Source: Eledone cirrhosa (Eukaryota). From it: DNA of 64,000 nucleotides. The notes under the pieces are model-generated. The model had not been told where the DNA came from. It was given only the letters and a program-made list of their open reading frames with translations, and made no database searches. Shown in pieces: positions 54,161 through 64,000 of the stretch. The position numbers and the translations under genes were made by a program. The stretch covers positions 17,856,001 to 17,920,000 of the forward strand of contig OZ024760.1 of the NCBI GenBank assembly GCA_964016885.1. The letters run 5' to 3'. Position 1 is the stretch's first letter. Every line of letters begins with the position of its first letter.

Positions 54161-54394
54161 TGTATATATGTATGTATGTATACACACGCTTTCATATGTA
54201 TGTATGTCGGGTCACTCTTGAGTGCTACTGGAACATGTAACCCAGTACAACCTGTCGCAGGGTCGGGTCGTCGGCGACTAAATCGTAGGTGGCGTGCTGT
54301 AATGATATACGGCGTTTCTTGGACATTTTATTTAAACCTGGCGAAACCCATCTCCTCTCTCCAGGTCTGAATACGGCCAATTTCTTCGAGAGTA

Positions 54395-54455
<61 letters not shown>

Positions 54456-54542
54456 AATGCATTACTGGTACTTTATTTCAGCGACCCCGTAGGGGTGGAA
54501 GGCAAGGATAACCTCGGCGGGAATTGAACGCAGAGTTTAGGG

Positions 54543-54835
54543 CAGGCATGGGCAACCTTTTACAAGAAGCGGGCCGCATGAGATATGACTCATCACCAGG
54601 CGGGCCGCAAGCGCTAATATACATTCGTGCCCACATTAAAATAAAAAGGGTGGTAACTCAGGTTGTTTTGATTTGTTTCTTCAGAATTCGTACACGTTGT
54701 TTTCCTCGATCGTAAAAATGATAGAAAGATAAATTACGACTGAAAAGTTGGGGTCAAAAACCCAGAAAGATTTCACTTAGGGGACTTAGGCGAGCCTTTC
54801 AGACAGCTTTGCGGGCCGCAGGTTGCCCATGAGTG
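54543..54835. mobile_element. hAT-like MITE with 8-bp TSD, nested in an old SINE
   Basis: TSD GTTTAGGG at 54535-54542 and 54836-54843; TIR CAGGCATGGGCAACCT / AGGTTGCCCATGAGTG; subterminal GCGGGCCGCA repeats. Confidence 0.88.
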
Positions 54836-55279
54836 GTTTAGGGAGAGAGACCCGGAAACAATATCACAAAACACTATTTTATCAGACATTTTAACCACTC
54901 TGCTATTTCGAAAAGAAAAAAAACAAACTTGTGTGTTGTCTATTAGAGAAAGGAGGGGTGGGTGGGGGCAGAAAAAAGAACAAGGGTGGGCGGTCGAGGA
55001 TAGGGTGGGGGCTTAGGTGCAGGGAATTGTTTAACAGAGAGGGCGAGGAATAAGAATGGACGGTCGGGGGAAAGGGGGGCGGGCGGTGTAATGACTATTT
55101 AAAAGAGGGGCTGGGGGTGAGTGAGTAGGTGAAGCAATAGAGAGAAAGACAGAGAGAGAGGGGAGTGGTGGTGGTGGTGAGAGAGTTAGAGAGAGAGAGA
55201 GGGTGGAGAGAGTTAGAGAGAGAGGGAGGGTTCAGTGATAGATAGATAGAGAGATAGATAGATAAATAAATAGAGGGAG

Positions 55280-55310
<31 letters not shown>

Positions 55311-55528
55311 GAAAGACAGAGAGAGAGAGAGAGAGAAAGCGACAGAGAGGGAAAGAGAGAGAGGGGACAGGGAGAGATAGATAGATAGAGAGAGAGGGTG
55401 TAGTGATAGATAGACAGACAGATAGACAGATAGATAGGTAGATAGATAGATAGAGAGCGAGAGAAAGAAGGAGAGACAGAGAGAGAGAGAGTGGGGTGGA
55501 AACAGAGAGAGAGAGAGCGACAGAGAGG

Positions 55529-55566
<38 letters not shown>

Positions 55567-55896
55567 CAGTGAGGGAGAGATAGAATATCCATATGTTTTT
55601 ATCAGGGATTATTTCTGCAGTCTATTTATTAAGTAGAGTTCTTCAGGTTCTATATACTTATTTACTAATCAAATTAATTCTTCAGAAGAAGCGACGTCGT
55701 CGTCGGTGTTTTGAAAATCGGAAGTAGAGCGAGACAAATGGAGCTCTTTGGTATCGGAGGTGCTATCTATCTCAGACAGCAAACATGAAGAAATAATGGG
55801 GATAGCGGTAATGTAACTAAAATGGTATGTAGCATCATCATCGTTGTCGTCGTAGTAGTAGTCATCATTGTCATCAACATCATCATCACTACCATT

Positions 55897-55927
<31 letters not shown>

Positions 55928-55990
55928 CCACTATCATTATCACATACATCATCATCACAACCAGCGCCACCACCATATTATTGCCAGAAA

Positions 55991-56024
<34 letters not shown>

Positions 56025-56029
56025 TATAA

Positions 56030-56522
56030 TAATTGTTTCTACTTTAGGCACAAGGCCAGCAATTACCCAGTGCATTACTGGTACTTTATTTTATCGACCC
56101 CCGTAAAGATGAAAGCCAAAGTCAACCTCGGCGGGATTTGAACTCAGATCGTAAAGGGACGTAACTATGCTGGAAAGCATGGCGTCCGACCCTCTACCGA
56201 TACTGCCAATCCACCGCCCTGAATCCTGAATGTAAAATAATTGTTTCTACTTTTGGCACAAGGCCAGCAATTAATTACCCCAGTGTATTACTGGTACTTT
56301 ATTTTATCGACCCCGTAAAGGTGAAAGGCAAAGTCAACCTCGGCGGGATTTGAACTCAGAATGGCAAGGGCCGTAACTCTATGCGTCAAAACATGGCGTC
56401 CGACCCTCTACCGATACTGCCAATCCACCGCCCTGAATGTAAAATAATTGTTTCTACTTTAGGCACAAGGCCAGCAATTACCCAGTACATCACTGGTACT
56501 TTATTTTATCGACCCCGTAAAA
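56030..56522 (-). mobile_element. Three head-to-tail SINE family 1 copies
   Basis: A/B boxes and core in reverse. Confidence 0.88.
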
Positions 56523-58016
56523 ACAAAATGAGAGCTGGGTGTTATTTGAGGAAGATGTATCTAGAGAAGATGGTGTAGCGACCGTGTAGAGGTGGCTTTA
56601 ATGGGAATATAGTGAGTTTGTTGTAATGAGGGGCTATTAAAGAAAGAACCAGGGTTACAGGGTCAACTCTATTGATCCCTATCAGAGAAATGACCATTTC
56701 ACAACCGTGTCCACCTGAATCAGGTGACCATATCAGTTACTTGTATCTACGGATCTGTCTTTACTACTGAATGTATGTCTAGGTGTGTGTGGGTGTAGGT
56801 ATGTGTGTGGGGGGGCTGGGGCAGGGAGATAGGGAAAGAGGGTGAAAAGAGATAGAGGGAGCTAAAGCGAGGGAGAGAAGGAGGGAAAGAGAGAACGACA
56901 GTGTGTGAAAGAAAGAAAGAAAGAAAGAAAGAGTGAGGGAGAGAGAGTGAGGGAGGGGAGGGAGAGAGAGAACGGAAAGAGAGAGAGCGAGGGTTGAGAG
57001 AGAGGGTGAGAGAGAGAATGAGTGAGTGTGAGAGTATAGAAGCTAATATAGAAGCTAATGATATCGATAAAGCAATTTACAGTCCGTAGCAAGTGACCTG
57101 TCCAAAGATATTTACTATAGTATACCCTCTAAAGCTATAGTAGTGGTGTGGGGTCAACTGAAGTGACCCTTACTATGGAAAGAATGTAAATGAGTTTGAA
57201 CCTAGTGAACGATATATTCTTAGATACACTTTAGCAATGACCTTTGGGAAAACCCTGGTCTTTTCTCACCATGTCATCACAACACACACACACACACTCT
57301 CTCTCTCTCTCACACATATACATACACACACACACACACACACATACACACTGTCTCTCACACACACACATACACACACACACTCTCTCTCACACATATA
57401 CATACATACACACACACACACTCACACACATATACACACTGTCTCTCACACACACATACACACACACATACATACCTTCTCTCTCACACATATATACATT
57501 CATACATACACACATACATACATGCATACACACATACATACACACTCTCTCTCTCACACAAACAGTTTCTCACACACACATACACATACACACATACACA
57601 TACATACACACACAAAGCCACACATACACACACAGACCAATAAAATCACCAGGCCAACGCATTATATCTTCACCATTTAACAACCATAGAAATTGTCAAC
57701 TTCTCTGGTATGGCTTTATATGTCTTATTTATTTTATATTTTATATTTTATATTCTTTACTACAGATTTTGTTGTTGTTGTTGCAGAGATTGTTGTTGTT
57801 GTTGTTACTGTTGATGATGTTGTTACTGTTGCAGTTGTTGTTGTTGTTATTACTGTTGTTGTTACTGTTGCAGATGTTGTTGTTGTTGTTGTTACTGTTG
57901 ATGATGTTGTTACTGTTGCAGATATTTTTTTATTAGTTGTTGTTGTTATTACTGTTGTTGTTACTGTTGCAGATATTGTTGCTGTTGTTGTTGTTACTGT
58001 TGCACCTCTCTCTAAC

Positions 58017-58017
<1 letters not shown>

Positions 58018-58047
<30 letters not shown>

Positions 58048-58285
58048 CTTCTTCTTCTTCTTCGCCACCCACATATTCCTAAGACGTTCGTATGGTGACA
58101 GAGTCCTCCTCAAACACTCCTTCCAGCGAGTCGGGTCTTGTCAAAGGCAACCGTCTCCAATCTCCAACTAATCCGGCTAAATAACCACAAGCGAGACCAG
58201 CCAAGCTCATGGAAGTTATCCCACCATCTTGTTCAGTGTTTATCTACCCCTGTGTCTCCTATCGGTTGGATTTTGCCCGTAAAAT
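58018..58285 (-). mobile_element. Degenerate LINE-like 3' end with (GAA)n tail
   Basis: Minus strand has RG..RWWD-like and DK..WK-like remnants, then (GAA)n; frameshifted. Confidence 0.35.
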
Positions 58286-58579
58286 CTGTCTAACGATTTC
58301 TTTCCAAAGACAATTCTCCAAATTGAGAGATCACAGCTCCGATACTATAGAAATTTCTAATATTTGGCCTTAATAAATGACTATTAATCGATATATCGAA
58401 GACGATAACGCGTGATGCTTTAGTAGAAGACAAAAAAAGACATTAATATTTCGTGGTTAGCCCACTTCTTCGCCGCCATGATACATTCTTTTCTGGTTCA
58501 TTCATAGCAAAACGAACGTAAGACTATTTAACAGTAAATAGCTTAAGTGGTATATTCCGTCACATAATATATATATATA

Positions 58580-59000
58580 TATATATTTTATTCTACATAT
58601 TTCAAGGGCCACCAAGGCAAATTATGGTGCGCTTTCATCAGATAAAATACAATACAGAATTAGTTTTATAAATAAATATTGACATACCTTGAAAAAAGAG
58701 ACAACCTTAACGGTTGGGGCTTCCTGGAAGCTATCCAGGAAGCCCCAACCGTTAAGGTTGTCTTTTTTCCGGGTATGTCAATATTTATTTATAAAACAAA
58801 TCTGTATTTTATCTGATGAAAGCGCACAATAATTTGCCTTGGTTGCCCTTGAAATATGTATAATAAAATAAATATGGTTTTATAAATATAGTTTCCATTT
58901 GTTAATATATTGTATATTTACTCCAATAATTTGTTGAGTGCTTTATATCAGTTATAAAAATATTTTTAAGCTTGTTGTATCCCAACAAATTAAATATAAG
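58580..59000. mobile_element. Head-to-head inverted pair of PLE terminal repeats
   Basis: Perfect 29-bp arms 58700-58728 / 58734-58762, imperfect to ~145 bp; homologous to 5095-5350. Confidence 0.8.
58805..58870 (+). ncRNA. Minimal hammerhead ribozyme motif (family A)
   Basis: TATTTTAT-CTGATGA-aagcgcac..ttgccctt-GAAA-tatgta-TA-ATAAAATA; the mirror copy at 58584-58649 has U16.1->G. Confidence 0.62.
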
Positions 59001-59007
59001 CTCTGCA

Positions 59008-59040
<33 letters not shown>

Positions 59041-59221
59041 GTGTGTATGTATGTATGTGTGTATGTATGTATGTATGTATAAAGTACTTGTTATATTTTG
59101 TCGGCCGTATATCATGTGTATAAAAATGTATCATTGAGGTTTCAGTTCATCATAAAATTTCTTAACCGTAAATATTGTATATATATATACATACATACAT
59201 ATATATATATATACATACATA

Positions 59222-59253
<32 letters not shown>

Positions 59254-59368
59254 CATATATATATATATATACATACATATATATATATATACTTACATAT
59301 ATATATATATACATACATATATATATATACATACATACATATATATATATATACATACATATATATAT

Positions 59369-59401
<33 letters not shown>

Positions 59402-59532
59402 CATACATATATATATATATATACATACATATATATATATATACATACATATATATATATACATACATACATATATATATATATACATACATATATATAT
59501 ATACATACATATATATATATACATACATATAT

Positions 59533-59585
<53 letters not shown>

Positions 59586-59697
59586 TATACACATATATAT
59601 ACACATATATATACACATATATATACTAACATATATATATATATATACATATAATGAAGTACTTGCTACTCATAAAGTAACTTTAAGGGTTTTTAAT

Positions 59698-59764
<67 letters not shown>

Positions 59765-59766
59765 CA

Positions 59767-59835
<69 letters not shown>

Positions 59836-60641
59836 GGGTCAGGCTTTAAAACGATTCCCTTAAGTGGTCGTCTTGATAACAGCGACGTTGAAGGAGTAAA
59901 TAAACTCGACACTTCTCTGATATAGAACTGGCAAATGACACATACAGACACACACACATACATACATACACACACACACATACACATATAGATACACACA
60001 AACATATAGACACACACATATATATATATATACAGACAGACAAACACATAAACATACATACACACACATACGGACATATACCTACATATACACAGATATA
60101 CGGACACATACAAACACACACACACACACATACGGACACACGCAAACACATACACAGATATACGGACACATACAAACACACACACACACATACGGACACA
60201 CGCGGACACATACACAGATATACGGACACATACAAACACATACACATATACGGACACACGCAAACACACACACACATACTGACATATACCTACATATACA
60301 CACATACGGACACATACAAACACATACACACACATACAAACACATACACACATACGGAAACATACAAACACACACACACATACTGACACATACGGACACA
60401 TACACACATACGGACACATACAAACACACACATACTGACACATACAAACACATACAAACACACACACACTGACACATACAAACACACACATACTGAGACA
60501 TACAAACACACATACTGACACATACGGACACACACACACATACTTACACATACAAACACACACACACATACTGACACATACAAACACACACACATACTTA
60601 CACATACAAACACACACACACATACTGACACATACTGACAT

Positions 60642-60675
<34 letters not shown>

Positions 60676-61045
60676 CTACATATACACAGCCACAAATAAA
60701 ATAATATATAATATAAAAATACAAGAATTATGGGAAGAAATACTTCAACAGCGACTTCGTCTTCCGTTATTGTGTTAACATTATTACATAGACATCAATC
60801 CTGTATATATATATGTGTGTATATATATATGAATATATATATGTGTATATATATATGAATATATATATATGAATATATATATATATATGTATATATATAT
60901 GTATATATATATGTATATATATATGTATATATATATGTATATATATATGTATATATATATGTATATATATATGTATATATATATGTATATATATATATAT
61001 GTATATATATATGTATGTATATATATATGTATGTATATATATATG

Positions 61046-61078
<33 letters not shown>

Positions 61079-61095
61079 GTATGTATATATATATG

Positions 61096-61126
<31 letters not shown>

Positions 61127-61323
61127 GTATGTATATATATATGTATGTATATATATATGTATATATATATATATGTATGTATATATATATGTATGTATAT
61201 ATATATATGTATATATATATGTATATATATATATATGTATGTACATATATATGTATATATATATGTATATATATATTTATATACACACACACATATATAT
61301 ATATATGTATACATATATTGTGT

Positions 61324-61363
<40 letters not shown>

Positions 61364-61431
61364 GTGTGTGTGTGTGTATATACCTATACGAGTGTTGACG
61401 ATGGTGGGGGAGAAACTACCCCTCCTCTCTG

Positions 61432-61475
<44 letters not shown>

Positions 61476-61971
61476 CATATACAGAGAGGATATATATATA
61501 TGTATATATGTGTGTGTGTTTGTGGGTGTGTGTGTGTGTAGTGACGTTGTAGGTAACGGCTGTGATGCTGGGGTGGGTGGGAGACACTCCATCCTCCTCG
61601 CTCCTATGTGTGGTGTTGAGGGTGGGGGCCAAACACCCCACCCTGCCACCTCACCCACTCCGCCCCCACCTCCCCTCACGGAAGACATCTTAGTTATAGC
61701 CCACTACATAGATCACTTTGGGGTGGTTCGAGAGAACAACTTTAGACTATACACCCCGGATAGACTTCAAATTATACACCCCGGATAGATTATCTAATTA
61801 AACAGGTTATAAAATATATGTGTCACACGCACACACACACACACACACACATACACACACACACACAGACACACACACAGATATATCTGTCATTCATACA
61901 ACCCCCATATACATACATATATGTATATAGATACATAATACATACATACTTACACACATATATATATATAA

Positions 61972-62016
<45 letters not shown>

Positions 62017-62043
62017 TATAGATATACATATATATATATATAT

Positions 62044-62092
<49 letters not shown>

Positions 62093-62145
62093 TATTGTGT
62101 GTGTGTATATATATGTGTGTATGTATATGTATATATATATAATAT

Positions 62146-62181
<36 letters not shown>

Positions 62182-62296
62182 ACCTAGTTGATCTTGTGTA
62201 AATTCCAATGAAAGAGTCTTGTGTCTATGTTAGAAACCGGCTCTCTCTCTATTGGTAAACATTTAGAAACAAACGGAACCAGAAGAACACACACGC

Positions 62297-62491
<195 letters not shown>

Positions 62492-62504
62492 AATACATAT
62501 ATAT

Positions 62505-62650
62505 AACAAAGAAAGTGTGGTAAGGAACCAGGTGGACCATAACGCACCAGAGTACTCAATACTTAGAGTAGTAGAGTGGGTAATAGGAAAAGAGTCAAGA
62601 CCCGACGGCTGAGCTCCGGCCGTTTCGACAGCTAGATCCGAACTAAGCCA
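62505..62650 (-). mobile_element. Copy of the half-hammerhead repeat
   Basis: Reverse complement matches 27260-27540. Confidence 0.6.
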
Positions 62651-62811
62651 CCAGTATTAGAATGGCGGGAATCTAGCTGAACTTATCAACGGGTACAGTC
62701 CATATATGGGCATACAGTAAAAAAAAAAAAAAATAAATAAATAAAAAAAAAGAGAGCAGAAATATCAAAGCAAACAATCCTAAAAAATTGTTTGTTTTTC
62801 CTGCTGCCACG

Positions 62812-63030
62812 GCTTGCAATCGAGAGGTTGTGGGTTCGATTCATGTCGCTCCAGTTCACTCAGCTATATCGGCCATTGCCTTTCCCCTTGGACATCATTA
62901 GTGGCGTGGTGAGAGGGGACTGGAATGCATGGGAGACTGGTGACAGCCCACAAACAAAATTGCCTGGATGTGTTCCACGGCGGGAAATTTTCTATGTGAA
63001 AATCGTACGGTCATTCGTAACCGAAATGTG
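62812..63030 (+). mobile_element. Internally deleted tRNA-derived SINE
   Basis: GGTTCGATTC B-box joined to GCTCCAGTTCACTCAGCT core. Confidence 0.5.
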
Positions 63031-63047
63031 TCATTACCCATTACCTT

Positions 63048-63135
<88 letters not shown>

Positions 63136-63614
63136 ATATGTATATTTATATATATATATACATTTATATATATATATATATACATACATATATATATATA
63201 TTTATATATATATATGTATATATATATATATGTATATTTATATATGTATATGTATATTTATATATATGTATATTTATATATATATATGTATATTTATATA
63301 TGTATATTTATATATATATACATTTATATATATATATATATACATACATATATATATATATATTTATATATATATATATATATATGTATATTTATATATA
63401 TATATATATGTATATTTATATATATATATATGTATATTTATATATATATATATGTATATTTATATATATGTATATTTATATATATATATATATGTATATT
63501 TATATATATATACATTTATATATATATATATATACATACATATATATGTATATTTATATTTATATATATATACATTTATATATATATATATATACATACA
63601 TATATATGTATATT

Positions 63615-63659
<45 letters not shown>

Positions 63660-63663
<4 letters not shown>

Positions 63664-63800
63664 GAACAAGTAAGACCCCGACGGCTGAGCTCAAGCCGTC
63701 GGGGTCTTACTTGTTCCTATTACCCACTCTACTACCCTAAGTATTGAGTACTTTGGTGCGTTATGGTCCACCTGGTTCCTTACCACATTTCCTTCGTTAT
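63660..63800 (+). mobile_element. Half-hammerhead repeat copy with a 27-bp perfect fold-back at its 5' end
   Basis: 63660-63686 is the reverse complement of 63694-63720. Confidence 0.65.
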
Positions 63801-63813
63801 ATATATATATATG

Positions 63814-63882
<69 letters not shown>

Positions 63883-64000
63883 TTATATATATATACATTT
63901 ATATATATATATATATATATGTATATTTATATATATATACATTTATATATATATATATATATATACATACATATATATATATATATATTTATATATATAT

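Overview
Eukaryotic (metazoan) genomic DNA, very AT-rich and dominated by (TA)n/(CA)n/(GA)n/(GTN)n microsatellites. The SINE, LINE and MITE families resemble those of octopod cephalopods; this is an inference, not a database result. Almost every ORF in the supplied track is a microsatellite artefact. One host gene is well supported: an R-spondin (Wnt agonist) on the minus strand with four phase-1 exons (FU1 8558-8776, FU2 6948-7097, TSP1 4808-4993, basic tail 3944-4257). Its signal-peptide exon could not be identified with confidence. The rest is intron or intergenic sequence with tRNA-derived SINEs, 3' fragments of RTE-, Tx1/L1-, R4/Dong- and CRE-like LINEs, piggyBac-, hAT-, pogo- and mariner-like MITEs, a Helitron end, many minisatellites and Penelope-like remnants. 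Most interesting: (i) several families of minimal hammerhead-ribozyme motifs, one with covarying stem II and one copy sense-oriented inside an R-spondin intron; (ii) a 33/132-bp minisatellite that has amplified the FU2 splice acceptor; (iii) a 49-bp minisatellite downstream of the gene carrying six canonical TCF/LEF sites; (iv) conservation of the ZNRF3- and LGR-binding residues in a probable protostome R-spondin.
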